Shown in pieces: positions 13,122 through 27,800 of a stretch of 64,000 bases of DNA (position 1 is its first letter; every line of letters begins with the position of its first letter). The DNA comes from the human T2T-CHM13v2.0 reference genome, Homo sapiens. The position numbers and the translations under genes were made by a program. The stretch is from NCBI RefSeq assembly GCF_009914755.1, contig NC_060939.1, one strand, 5' to 3'. Under the pieces are notes generated by a model. That model saw nothing but the letters and a program-made list of their open reading frames with translations, was not told the DNA's origin and did not search any database.

Positions 13122-16100
13122 CTAGGATGTGCCTAAATTAACTTTTTGACATAACCCTGTACTGATCATCCAGGTGATGGGGCTTTTGTCTAGGCTCTGC
13201 CTAAGGGGGCATTGTGACATATTTCTGCATTGATCACCCAGGTGGCGAACTCTTCTCTCGGATCTGCCTATGGGGGCATTATGAGAAATCTCTGCACTGA
13301 TCACCCAGGTGATGTAACTGTTGTGTAACCTCTGCCTACAGGGGAATTGTGAGAGATCTCGCCACTGATTACCCAAGTGATATAACCATTGTCTAGGCTT
13401 TGCGTACAGGGGGCTTTGTGACATACCTTTGCACTGATCACCCAGGTGTTGTACATATCTAAGTTCAGCCTAAAGGAGCTTTGTGACACATCTCTGCACT
13501 GATCACTTAGGTGATGTAACACTTTTATAATCACAGCCTACAGGGAATTTTGACAAATCTCTGCACTGATCACCTAGGTGATGTAACTCTTGTCTTCCCT
13601 CTGTCCAACGGGGCATTGTGAAATATCTCTGCACTGAACACCCAAGTGATTCAACTCTTGACTAGGAACTGCCTACAGAGGTTATTGTGAAATATCTCTG
13701 CACTGATAAACTAGGTTGTGTAACCCTTGTCCAAGCTCTGCCTACAGGGGCGTTTCCACATATCCCTGAACTGATGACAAAGGTGATGTAACCCTTGCCT
13801 AGGCTTTGCCTACAGGGGTCATTGGACATATATCTGCACTGATCACCCAGGTGATGCAACTCTTGCCTAGGCTTTGCCTACAGGGGACATTGTGACATAT
13901 CTCTGCACTGATCTCCCTGGTACTGTAACTTTAGTCTAGGCTCTGGCTACACGGCATTGTGACATATCACTGCACTGATCAACCAGGTGATATAACTCTT
14001 GTATAGGCTCTGCGTACAGGGGGATTGTGACCTACCTCTGCACTGATCACCCAGGTGATATAACTCTTCTCTAGGATCTGCCTACAGGGTGCTTTGTGAC
14101 ATATCCCTGCACTGATCTCCCAGGTGACCTAACTCTGGTCTAAGCTCTGCCTAAAGGGGCATTGTGACAGATCTCTGCACTGATCACTCAGGTGATGTAA
14201 CTATTGTCTAGGCTCTGCTTAAAGGGGCCTTGTCACATATCCCTGCACTGATCACCCAGGTGATGTAACTCTTGTCTAGGCTCTGCTTCCAGGGCATATT
14301 GTGACAGAACTATGCACTGATCACCTTAGTGATGTAACACTTGTGTAGGCTCGGCCTACAGAGGAATCTTGACATATCTCTGCACTGTTAAACGAGGTGA
14401 TTTAACTCTTGTCTAGGCTGTGCCCACAGGGGGATTTAGACATATCTCTGCACTGATCCTGAGGTGATCCAACTCTTGCCTGGTCTCTGCCTACTGGGGA
14501 CATTGTGACATATCTCTGCACTGATCTCCCAGGTGCTGTAAATTTTGTCCAGGCTCTGGCTACACGGCATTGTGACTTATCACTTCACTGATCACCCTGG
14601 CGATACAACTCTTGTCTAGGCTCTGCCTACAATGGTCCTGTGACATATCTCTGCACTGATCACCCAGGTGATATAACTCTTCTCTAGGATCTGACCACGG
14701 GGTGCTTTGTGACATATCCCTTCAATGATCACACAGGTGATATACCACTTGCCAAGGCTCTGCTTACAGGGGCATTGCAATGTATCTCTGCACTGATCAC
14801 CTAGGACTTGTAGCTATTTTCTAGGATCTGCCTACAGGGTGCTTTGTGACGGGTCCCAGCAAGGATTACCCAGGTGATGTACCTCTCATCAAGGCTCTGC
14901 CTACAGGCACATTGCGATATATCTCTGCACTGATCACCAAGGTCATGTAACTTTTGTCTAGGCTCTACCTACGATGGCATTGTGACATATCTCTGCACTA
15001 ATCATCCAAGTGATGTAACTCTTGTCTAGGATGTGCCTAAATTAACTTTTTGACATAACCCTGTACTGATCATCCAGGTGATGGGGCTTTTGTCTAGGCT
15101 CTGCCTAAGGGGGCATTGTGACATATTTCTGCATTGATCACCCAGGTGGCGAACTCTTCTCTCGGATCTGCCTATGGGGGCATTGTGAGAAATCTCTGCA
15201 CTGATCACCCAGGTGATGTAACTGTTGTGTAACCTCTGCCTACAGGGGAATTGTGAGAGATCTCTCCACTGATTACCCAAGTGATGTAACCATTGTCTAG
15301 GCTTTGCGTACAGGGGGCTTTGTGACATACCTTTGCACTGATCACCCAGGTGATGTAACACATCTAAGTTCGGCCTAAAGGAGCTTTGTGACACATCTCT
15401 GCACTGATCACTTAGGTGATGTAACACTTTTATAATCACTGCCTACAGGGAATTTTGACAAATCTCTGCACTGATCACCTAGGTGATGTAACTCTTGTCT
15501 ACCCTCCGTCCAACGGGGCATTGTGAAATATCTCAGCACTGAACACCCAGGTGAATCAACTCTTGACTAGGAACTGCCTACAGAGGTTATTGTGAAATAT
15601 CTCTGCACTGGTAAACTAGGTGGTGTAAATCTTGTCCAAGCTCTGCCTACAGGGGCGTTTCCACATATCCCTGAACTGACGACAAAGGTGATGTAACTCT
15701 TGCCTAGGCTTTGCCTACAGGGGACATTGGACATATATCTGCACTGATCACCCAGGTGATGCAACTCTTGCCTAGGCTTTGCCTACAGGGGACACTGTGA
15801 CATATCTCTTCAATGATCACTCATGTGATGCATCTCTTGCCTAGGCTTTGCCAACAGGGGACATTGTGACATATCTCTGCACTGATCTCCCTGGTACTGT
15901 AACTTTAGTCTAGGCTCTGGCTACACGGCATTGTGACATATCACTGCACTGATCAACCAGGTGATATAACTCTTGTATAGGCTCTGCCTACAGGGGGATT
16001 GTGACCTACCTCTGCACTGATCACCCAGGTGATATAACTCTTCTCTAGGATCTGCCTACAGGGTGCTTTGTGACATATCCCTGCACTGATCACCCAGGTG

Positions 16101-19100
16101 ACCTAACTCTGGTCTAAGCTCTCCCTAAAGGGGCATTGTGACAGATCTCTGCACTGATCACTCAGGTGATGTAACTATTGTCTAGGCGCTGCTTAAAGGG
16201 GCCTTGTCACATATCCCTGCACTGATCACCCAGGTGATGTAACTCTTGTCTAGGCTCTGCTTCCAGGGCATATTGTGACATAACTATGCACTGATCACCT
16301 TAGTGATGTAACACTTGTGTAGGCTCGGCCTACAGAGGAATCTTGACATATCTCTGCACTGTTAAACGAGGTGATTTAACTCTTGTCTAGGCTGTGCCCA
16401 CAGGGGGATTGAGACATATCTCTGCACTGATCCCGAGGTGATCCAACTCTTGCCTGGTCTCTGCCTACTGGGGACATTGTGACATATCTCTGCACTGATC
16501 TCCCAGGTTCTGTAAATTTTGTCTAGGCTCTGGCTACAAGGCATTGTGACATATCACTGCACTGATCACCCAGGCGATACAACTCTTGTCTAGGCTCTGC
16601 CTACAATGGTTTTGTGACATGTCTCTGCACTGATCACCCAGGTGATATAACTCTTCTCTAGGATCTGACCACGGGGTGCTTTGTGACATATCCCTGCAAT
16701 GATCACCCAGGTGATATACCACTTGCCAAGGCTCTGCTTACAGGGGCATTGCAATGTATCTCTGCACTGATCACCTAGGTCTTGTAGCTATTTTCTAGGA
16801 TCTGCCTACAGGGTGCTTTGTGACGTGTCCCAGCAAGGATTACCCTGGTGATGTACCGCTCATCAAGGCTCTGCCTACAGGCACATAGCGATATATCTCT
16901 GCACTGATCACCTAGGTCATGTAACTTTTGTCTAGGCTCTATCTACGATGGCATTGTGACATATCTCTGCACTAATCATCCAAGTGATGTAACACTTGTC
17001 TAGCATGTGCCTAAATTAACTTTTTGACATAACCCTGTACTGATCATCCAGGTGATGGGGCTTTTGTCTAGGCTCTGCCTAAGGGGGCATTGTGACATAT
17101 TTCTGCATTGATCACCCAGGTGGCGAATCCTTCTCTCGGATCTGCCTATGGGGGCATTGTGAGAAATCTCTGCACTGATCACCCAGGTGATGTAACTGTT
17201 GTGTAACCTCTGCCTACAGGGGAATTGTGAGAGATCTCGCCACTGATTACCCAAGTGATGTAACCATTGTCTAGGCTTTGCGTACAGGGGGCTTTGTGAC
17301 ATACCTTTGCACTGATCACCCAGGTGATGTAATACATCTAAGTTCGGCCTAAAGGAGCTTTGTGACACATCTCTGCACTGATCACTTAGGTGATGTAACA
17401 CTTTTATAATCACTGCCTACAGGGAATTTTGACAAATCTCTGCACTGATCACCTAGGTGATGTAACTCTTGTCTTCCCTCTGTCCAACGGGGCATTGTGA
17501 AATATCTCTGCACTGAACACCCAAGTGATTCAACTCTTGACTAAGAACTGCCTACAGAGGTTATTGTGAAATATCTCTGCACTGATAAACTAGGTTGTGT
17601 AACACTTGTCCAAGCTCTGCCTACAGGGGCGTTTCCACATATCCCTGAACTGATGACAAAGGTGATGTAACCCTTGCCTAGGCTTTGCCTACAGGGGTCA
17701 TTGGACATATATCTGCACTGATCACCCAGGTGATGCAACTCTTGCCTAGGCTTTGTCTACAGGGGACACTGTGACATATCTCTTCAATGATCACTCATGT
17801 GATGCATCTCTTGCCTAGGCTTTGCCAACAGGGGACATTGTGACATATCGCTGCACTGATCTCCCTGGTGCTGTAACTTTAGTCTAGGCTCTGGCTACAC
17901 GGCATTGTGACATATCACTGCACTGATCAACCAGGTGATATAACTCTTGTATAGGCTCTGCCTACAGGGGGATTGTGACCTACCTCTGCACTGATCACCC
18001 AGGTGATATAACTCTTCTCTAGGATCTGCCTACAGGGTGCTTTGTGACATATCCCTGCACTGATCTCCCAGGTGACCTAACTCTGGTCTAAGCTCTGCCT
18101 AAAGGGGCATTGTGACAGATCTCTGCACTGATCACTCAGGTGATGTAACTCTTGTCTAGGCTCTGCTTCCAGGGCATATTGTGACATAACTATGCACTGA
18201 CCACCTTAGTGATGTAACACTTGTGTAGGCTCGGCCTACAGAGGAATCTTGACATATCTCTGCCCTGTTAAACGAGGTGATTTAACTCTTGTCTAGGCTG
18301 TGCCCACAGGGGGATTGAGACATATCTCTGCACTGATCCTGAGGTGATGCAACTCTTGCCTAGTCTCTGCCTACTGGGGACATTGTGACATATCTCTGCA
18401 CTGATCTCCCAGGTGCTGTAAATTTTGTCTAGGCTCTGGCTACACGGCATTGTGACTTATCACTGCACTGATCACCCAGGCGATACAACTCTTGTCTAGG
18501 CTCTGCCTACAATGGTCTTGTGACATATCTCTGCACTGATCACCCAGGTGATATAACTCTTCTCTAGGATCTGACCACGGGGTGCTTTGTGACATATCCC
18601 TGCAATGATCACACAGGTGATATACCACTTGCCAAGGCTCTGCTTACAGGGGCATTGCAATGTATCTCTGCACTGATCACCTAGGACTTGTAGCTATTTT
18701 CTAGGATCTGCCTACAGGGTGCTTTGTGACGGGTCCCAGCAAGGATTACCCAGGTGATGTACCTCTCATCAAGGCTCTGCCTACAGGCACATTGCGATAT
18801 ATCTCTGCACTGATCACCAAGGTCATGTAACTTTTGTCTAGGCTCTACCTACGATGGCATTGTGACATATCTCTGCATTAATCATCCAAGTGATGTAACA
18901 CTTGTCTAGGATGTGCCTAATTTAACTATTTGACATAACCCTGTACTGATCATCCAGGTGATGGGGCTTTTGTCTAGGCTCTGCCTAAGGGGGCATTGTG
19001 ACATATTTCTGCATTGATCACCCAGGTGGCGAACTCTTCTCTCGGATCTGCCTATGGGGGTATTGTGAGAAATCTCTGCACTGATCACCCAGGTGATGTA

Positions 19101-20811
19101 ACGGTTGTGTAACCTCTGCCTACAGGGGAATTGTGAGAGATCTCTCCACTGATTACCCAAGTGATGTAACCATTGTCTAGGCTGTGCGTACAGGGGGCTT
19201 TGTGACATACCTTTGCACTGATCACCCAGGTGATGTAACACATCTAAGTTCGGCCTAAAGGAGCTTTGTGACACATCTCTGCACTGATCACTTAGGTGAT
19301 GTAACACTTTTATAATCACTGCCTACAGGGAATTTTGACAAATCTCTGCACTGATCACCTAGGTGATGTAACTCTTGTCTACCCTCCGTCCAACGGGGCA
19401 TTGTGAAATATCTCAGCACTGAACACCCAGGTGAATCAACTCTTGACTAGGAACTGCCTACAGAGGTTATTGTGAAATATCTCTGCACTGATAAACTAGG
19501 TGGTGTAAACCTTGTCCAAGCTCTGCCTACAGGGGCGTTTCCACATATCCCTGAACTGACGACAAAGGTGATGTAACTCTTGCCTAGGCTTTGCCTACAG
19601 GGGACATTGGACATATATCTGCACTGATCACCCAGGTGATGCAACTCTTGCCTAGGCTTTGCCTACAGGGGACACTGTGACATATCTCTTCAATGATCAC
19701 TCATGTGATGCATCTCTTGCCTAGGCTTTGCCAACAGGGGACGTTGTGACATATCTCTGCACTGATCTCCCTGGTACTGTAACTTTAGTCTAGGCTCTGG
19801 CTACACGGCATTGTGACATATCACTGCACTGATCAACCAGGTGATATAACTCTTGTATAGGCTCTGCCTACAGGGTGCTTTGTGACATATCCCTGCACTG
19901 ATCTCCCAGGTGACCTAACTCTGGTCTAAGCTCTGCCTAAAGGGGCATTGTGACAGATCTCTGCACTGATCACTCAGGTGATGTAACTATTGTCTAGGCT
20001 CTGCTTAAAGGGGCCTTGTCACATATCCCTGCACTGATCACCCAGGTGATGTAACTCTTGTCTAGGCTCTGCTTCCAGGGCATATTGTGACATAACTATG
20101 CACTGACCACCTTAGTGATGTAACACTTGTGTAGGCTCGGCCTACAGAGGAATCTTGACATATCTCTGCCCTGTTAAACGAGGTGATTTAACTCTTGTCT
20201 AGGCTGTGCCCACAGGGGGATTGAGACATATCTCTGCACTGATCCTGAGGTGATCCAACTCTTGCCTGGTCTCTGCCTACTGGGGACATTGTGACATATC
20301 TCTGCACTGATCTCCCAGGTGCTGTAAATTTTGTCTAGGCTCTGGCTACACGGCATTGTGATTTATCACTGCACTGATCACCCAGGCGTTACAACTCTTG
20401 TCTAGGCTCTGCCTACAATGGTCTTGTGACATATCTCTGCACTGATCACCCAGGTGATATAACTCTTCTCTAGGATCTGACCACGGGGTGCTTTGTGACA
20501 TATCCCTGCAATGATCACACAGGTGATATACCACTTGCCAAGGCTCTGCTTACAGGGGCATTGCAATGTATCTCTGCACTGATCACCTAGGACTTGTAGC
20601 TATTTTCTAGGATCTGCCTACAGGGTGCTTTGTGACGGGTCCCAGCAAGGATTACCCAGGTGATGTACCTCTCATCAAGGCTCTGCCTACAGGCACATTG
20701 CGATATATCTCTGCACTGATCACCAAGGTCATGTAACTTTTGTCTAGGCTCTACCTACGATGGCATTGTGACATATCTCTGCACTAATCATCCAAGTGAT
20801 GTAACACTTGT

Positions 20812-21899
20812 CTAGGATGTGCCTAAATTAACTTTTTGACATAACCCTGTACTGATCATCCAGGTGATGGGGCTTTTGTCTAGGCTCTGCCTAAGGGGGC
20901 ATTGTGACATATTTCTGCATTGGTCACCCAGGTGGCGAACTCTTCTCTCGGATCTGCCTATGGGGGCATTATGAGAAATCTCTGCACTGATCACCCAGGT
21001 GATGTAACTGTTGTGTAACCACTGCCTACAGGGGAATTGTGAGAGATCTCGCCACTGATTACCCAAGTGATGTAACCATTGTCTAGGCTTTGCGTACAGG
21101 GGGCTTTGTGACATACCTTTGCACTGATCACCCAGGTGTTGTAACATATCTAAGTTCGGCCTAAAGGAGCTTTGTGACACATCTCTGCACTGATCACTTA
21201 GGTGATGTAACACTTTTATAATCACTGCCTACAGGGAATTTTGACAAATCTCTGCACTGATCACCTAGGTGATGTAACTCTTGTCTACCCTCCGTCCAAC
21301 GGGGCATTGTGTAATATCTCAGCACTGAACACCCAGGTGAATCAACTCTTGACTAGGAACTGCCTACAGAGGTTATTGTGAAATATCTCTGCACTGATAA
21401 ACTAGGTGGTGTAAACCTTGTCCAAGCTCTGCCTACAGGGGCGTTTCCACATATCCCTGAACTGACGACAAAGGTGATGTAACTCTTGCCTAGGCTTTGC
21501 CTACAGGGGACATTGGACATATATCTGCACTGATCACCCAGGTGATATAACTCTTCTCTAGGATCTGACCACGGGGTGCTTTGTGACATATCCCTGCAAT
21601 GATCACACAGGTGATATACCACTTGCCAAGGCTCTGCTTACAGGGGCATTGCAATGTATCTCTGCACTGATCACCTAGGACTTGTAGCTATTTTCTAGGA
21701 TCTGCCTACAGGGTGCTTTGTGACGGGTCCCAGCAAGGATTACCCAGGTGATGTACCTCTCATCAAGGCTCTGCCTACAGGCACATTGCGATATATCTCT
21801 GCACTGATCACCAAGGTCATGTAACTTTTGTCTAGGCTCTACCTACGATGGCATTGTGACATATCTCTGCACTAATCATCCAAGTGATGTAACACTTGT
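20812..21899 (+). repeat. 16-mer (1088 bp) deletion-variant HOR, copy 2
   Basis: Marker spacing 1088; same junction at 21524-21546. Confidence 0.9.
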
Positions 21900-24800
21900 C
21901 TAGGATGTGCCTAAATTAACTTTTTGACATAACCCTGTACTGATCATCCAGGTGATGGGGCTTTTGTCTAGGCTCTGCCTAAGGGGGCATTGTGACATAT
22001 TTCTGCATTGATCACCCAGGTGGCGAACTCTTCTCTCGGATCTGCCTATGGGGGCATTATGAGAAATCTCTGCACTGATCACCCAGGTGATGTAACTGTT
22101 GTGTAACCTCTGCCTACAGGGGAATTGTGAGAGATCTCGCCACTGATTACCCAAGTGATATAACCATTGTCTAGGCTTTGCGTACAGGGGGCTTTGTGAC
22201 ATACCTTTGCACTGATCACCCAGGTGTTGTAACATATCTAAGTTCAGCCTAAAGGAGCTTTGTGACACATCTCTGCACTGATCACTTAGGTGATGTAACA
22301 CTTTTATAATCACAGCCTACAGGGAATTTTGACAAATCTCTGCACTGATCACCTAGGTGATGTAACTCTTGTCTTCCCTCTGTCCAACGGGGCATTGTGA
22401 AATATCTCTGCACTGAACACCCAAGTGATTCAACTCTTGACTAGGAACTGCCTACAGAGGTTATTGTGAAATATCTCTGCACTGATAAACTAGGTTGTGT
22501 AACCCTTGTCCAAGCTCTGCCTACAGGGGCGTTTCCACATATCCCTGAACTGATGACAAAGGTGATGTAACCCTTGCCTAGGCTTTGCCTACAGGGGTCA
22601 TTGGACATATATCTGCACTGATCACCCAGGTGATGCAACTCTTGCCTAGGCTTTGCCTACAGGGGACATTGTGACATATCTCTGCACTGATCTCCCTGGT
22701 ACTGTAACTTTAGTCTAGGCTCTGGCTACACGGCATTGTGACATATCACTGCACTGATCAACCAGGTGATATAACTCTTGTATAGGCTCTGCCTACAGGG
22801 GGATTGTGACCTACCTCTGCACTGATCACCCAGGTGATATAACTCTTCTCTAGGATCTGCCTACAGGGTGCTTTGTGACATATCCCTGCACTGATCACCC
22901 AGGTGACCTAACTCTGGTCTAAGCTCTGCCTAAAGGGGCATTGTGACAGATCTCTGCACTGATCACTCAGGTGATGTAACTATTGTCTAGGCTCTGCTTA
23001 ATGGGGCCTTGTCACATATCCCTGCACTGATCACCCAGGTGATGTAACTCTTGTCTAGGCTCTGCTTCCAGGGCATATTGTGACATAACTATGCACTGAT
23101 CACCTTAGTGATGTAACACTTGTGTAGGCTCGGCCTACAGAGGAATCTTGACATATCTCTGCACTGTTAAACGAGATGATTTAACTCTTGTCTAGGCTGT
23201 GCCCACAGGGGGATTGAGACATATCTCTGCACTGATCCCGAGGTGATCCAAATCTTGCTTGGTCTCTGCCTACTGGGGACATTGTGACACATCTCTGCAC
23301 TGATCTCCCAGGTTCTGTAAATTTTGTCTAGGCTCTGGCTACAAGGCATTGTGACATATCACTGCACTGATCACCCAGGCGATACAACTCTTGTCTAGGC
23401 TCTTCCTACAATGGTTTTGTGACATATCTCTGCACTGATCACTCAGGTGATATAACTCTTCTCTAGGATCTGACCACGGGGTGCTTTGTGACATATCCCT
23501 GCAATGATCACACAGGTGATATACCACTTGCCAAGGCTCTGCTTACAGGGGCATTGCAATGTATGTCTGCACTGATCACCTAGGACTTGTAGCTATTTTC
23601 TAGGATCTGCCTACAGGGTGCTTTGTGACGGGTCGCAGCAAGGATTACCCAGGTAATGTACCTCTCATCAAGGCTCTGCCTACAGGCACATTGCGATATA
23701 TCTCTGCACTGATCACCAAGGTCATGTAACTTTTGTCTAGGCTCTACCTACGATGGCATTGTGACATATCTCTGCATTAATCATCCAAGTGATGTAACAC
23801 TTGTCTAGGATGTGCCTAAATTAACTTTTTGACATAACCCTGTACTGATCATCCAGGTGATGGGGCTTTTGTCTAGGCTCTGCCTAAGGGGGCATTGTGA
23901 CATATTTCTGCATTGATCACCCAGGTGGCGAACTCTTCTCTCGGATCTGCCTATGGGGGCATTGTGAGAAATCTCTGCACTGATCACCCAGGTGATGTAA
24001 CTGTTGTGTAACCTCTGCCTACAGGGGAATTGTGAGAGATCTCTCCACAGATTACCCAAGTGATGTAACCATTGTCTAGGCTTTGCGTACAGGGGGCTTT
24101 GTGACATACCTTTGCACTGATCACCCAGGTGATGTAACACATCTAAGTTCGGCCTAAAGGAGCTTTGTGACACATCTCTGCACTGATCACTTAGGTGATG
24201 TAACACTTTTATAATCACTGCCTACAGGGAATTGAGACAAATCTCTGCACTGATCACCTAGGTGATGTAACTCTTGTCTACCCTTCGTCCAACGGGGCTT
24301 TGTGAAATATCTCAGCACTGAACACCCAGGTGAATCAACTCTTGACTAGGAACTGCCTACAGAGGTTATTGTGAAATATCTCTGCACTGATAAACTAGGT
24401 GGTGTAACTCTTGTCCAAGCTCTGCCTACAGGGGCGTTTCCACATATCCCTGAACTGACGACAAAGGTGATGTAACTCTTGCCTAGGCTTTGCCTAGAGG
24501 GGACATTAGACATATATCTGCACTGATCACCCAGGTGATGCAACTCTTGCCTAGGCTTTGCCTACAGGGGACACTGTGACATATCTCTTCAATGATCACT
24601 CATGTGATGCATCTCTTGCCTAGGCTTTGCCAACAGGGGACATTGTGACATATCTCTGCACTGATCTCCCTGGTACTGTAACTTTAGTCTAGGCTCTGGC
24701 TACACGGCATTGTGACATATCACTGCACTGATCAACCAGGTGATATAACTCTTGTATAGGCTCTGCCTACAGGGGGATTGTGACCTACCTCTGCACTGAT

Positions 24801-27800
24801 CACCCAGGTGATATAACTCTTCTCTAGGATCTGCCTACAGGGTGCTTTGTGACATATCCCTGCACTGATCACCCAGGTGACCTAACTCTGGTCTAAGCTC
24901 TCCCTAAAGGGGCATTGTGACAGATCTCTGCACTGATCACTCAGGTGATGTAACTATTGTCTAGGCGCTGCTTAAAGGGGCCTTGTCACATATCCCTGCA
25001 CTGATCACCCAGGTGATGTAACTCTTGTCTAGGCTCTGCTTCCAGGGCATATTGTGACATAACTATGCACTGATCACCTTAGTGATGTAACACTTGTGTA
25101 GGCTCGGCCTACAGAGGAATCTTGACATATCTCTGCACTGTTAAACGAGGTGATTTAACTCTTGTCTAGGCTGTGCCCACAGGGGGATTGAGACATATCT
25201 CTGCACTGATCCCGAGGTGATCCAACTCTTGCCTGGTCTCTGCCTACTGGGGACATTGTGACATATCTCTGCACTGATCTCCCAGGTGCTGTAAATTTTG
25301 TCTAGGCTCTGGCTACACGGCATTGCGACTTATCACTGCACTGATCACCCAGGCGATACAACTCTTGTCTAGGCTCTGCCTACAATGGTCTTGTGACATA
25401 TCTCTGCACTGATCACCCAGGTGATATAACTCTTCTCTAGGATCTGACCACGGGGTGCTTTGTGACATATCCCTGCAATGATCACACAGGTGATATACCA
25501 CTTGCCAAGGCTCTGCTTACAGGGGCATTGCAATGTATCTTTGCACTGATCACCTAGGACTTGTAGCTATTTTCTAGGATCTGCCTACAGGGTGCTTTGT
25601 GACGGGTCCCAGCAAGGATTACCCAGGTGATGTACCTCTCATCAAGGCTCTGCCTACAGGCACATTGCGATATATCTCTGCACTGATCACCAAGGTCATG
25701 TAACTTTTGTCTAGGCTCTACCTACGATGGCATTGTGACATATCTCTGCACTAATCATCCAAGTGATGTAACACTTGTCTAGGATGTGCCTAAATTAACT
25801 TTTTGACATAACCCTGTACTGATCATCCAGGTGATGGGGCTTTTGTCTAGGCTCTGCCTAAGGGGGCATTGTGACATATTTCTGCATTGATCACCCAGGT
25901 GGCGAACTCTTCTCTCGGATCTGCCTATGGGGGCATTGTGAGAAATCTCTGCACTGATCACCCAGGTGATGTAACTGTTGTGTAACCTCTGCCTACAGGG
26001 GAATTGTGAGAGACCTCTCCACTGATTACCCAAGTGATGTAACCATTGTCTAGGCTTTGCGTACAGGGGGCTTTGTGAAATACCTTTGCACTGATCACCC
26101 AGGTGATGTAACACATCTAAGTTCGGCCTAAGGAGCTTTGTGACACATCTCTGCACTGATCACTTAGGTGATGTAACACTTTTATAATCACTGCCTACAG
26201 GGAATTTTGACAAATCTCTGCACTGATCACCTAGGTGATGTAACTCTTGTCTACCCTCCGTCCAACGGGGCATTGTGAAATATCTCAGCACTGAACACCC
26301 AGGTGAATCAACTCTTGACTAGGAACTGCCTACAGAGGTTATTGTGAAATATCTCTGCACTGATAAACTAGGTGGTGTAAACCTTGTCCAAGCTCTGCCT
26401 ACACGGGCGTTTCCACATATCCCTGAACTGACGACAAAGGTGATGTAACTATTGCCTAGGATTTGCCTACAGGGGACATTGGACATATATCTGCACTGAT
26501 CACCCAGGTGATGCAACTCTTACCTAGGCTTTGCCTACAGGGGACACTGTGACATATCTCTTCAATGATCACTCATGTGATGCATCTCTTGCCTAGGCTT
26601 TGCCAGCAGGGGACGTTGTGACATATCTCTGCACTGATCTCCCTGGTACTGTAACTTTAGTCTAGGCTCTGGCTACACGGCATTGTGACATATCACTGCA
26701 CTGATCAACCAGGTGATATAACTCTTGTATAGGCTCTGCCTACAGGGGGATTGTGACCTACCTCTGCACTGATCACCCAGGTGATATAACTCTTCTCTAG
26801 GATCTGCCTACAGGGTGCTTTGTGACATATCCCTGCACTGATCTCCCAGGTGACCTAACTCTGGTCTAAGCTCTGCCTAAAGGGGCATTGTGACAGATCT
26901 CTGCACTGATCACTCAGGTGATGTAACTATTGTCTAGGCTCTGCTTAAAGGGGCCTTGTCACATATCCCTGCACTGATCACCCAGGTGATGTAACTCTTG
27001 TCTAGGCTCTGCTTCCAGGGCATATTGTGACATAACTATGCACTGATCACCTTAGTGATGTAACACTTGTGTAGGCTCGGCCTACAGAGGAATCTTGACA
27101 TATCTCTGCACCGTTAAACAAGGTGATTTAACTCTTGTCTAGGCTGTGCCCACAGGGGGATTGAGACATATCTCTGCACTGATCCCGAGGTGATCCAACT
27201 CTTGCCTGGTCTCTGCCTACTGGGGACATTGTGACATATCTCTGCACTGATCTCCCAGGTGCTGTAAATTTTGTCTAGGCTCTGGCTACACGGCATTGTG
27301 ACTTATCACTGCACTGATCACCCAGGCGATACAACTCTTGTCTAGGCTCTGCCTACAATGGTCTTGTGACATATCTCTGCACTGATCACCCAGGTGATAT
27401 AACTCTTCTCTAGGATCTGACCACGGGGTGCTTTGTGACATATCCCTGCAATGATCACACAGGTGATATACCACTTGCCAAGGCTCTGCTTACAGGGGCA
27501 TTGCAATGTATCTTTGCACTGATCACCTAGGACTTGTAGCTATTTTCTAGGATCTGCCTACAGGGTGCTTTGTGACGGGTCCCAGCAAGGATTACCCAGG
27601 TGATGTACCTCTCATCAAGGCTCTGCCTACAGGCACATTGCGATATATCTCTGCACTGATCACCAAGGTCATGTAACTTTTGTCTAGGCTCTACCTACGA
27701 TGGCATTGTGACATATCTCTGCACTAATCATCCAAGTGATGTAACACTTGTCTAGGATGTGCCTAAATTAACTTTTTGACATAACCCTGTACTGATCATC

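Larger units (their letters stand above)
5035..22790 (+). repeat. Tandem super-repeat of five HORs, period 8846 bp (8778 after a one-monomer loss), two copies
   Basis: Private variants recur at +8846: GCTCTGCGTA 5161/14007, GACAGAACT 5461/14307, CTAGCATGTG 8154/17000, AATTTAACTATTTG in the 10060/18906 units. The offset becomes +8778 for 12034/20812 and 13122/21900. Confidence 0.88.

Noticed and set aside
5035-22790. The 8.8 kb duplication as a pure assembly artefact
   Set aside because: The copies differ by a whole-monomer deletion (~19870), a 1-bp indel (~13453) and several substitutions (e.g. 5940, ~9616), which favours a real duplication. Read-level confirmation is still needed.
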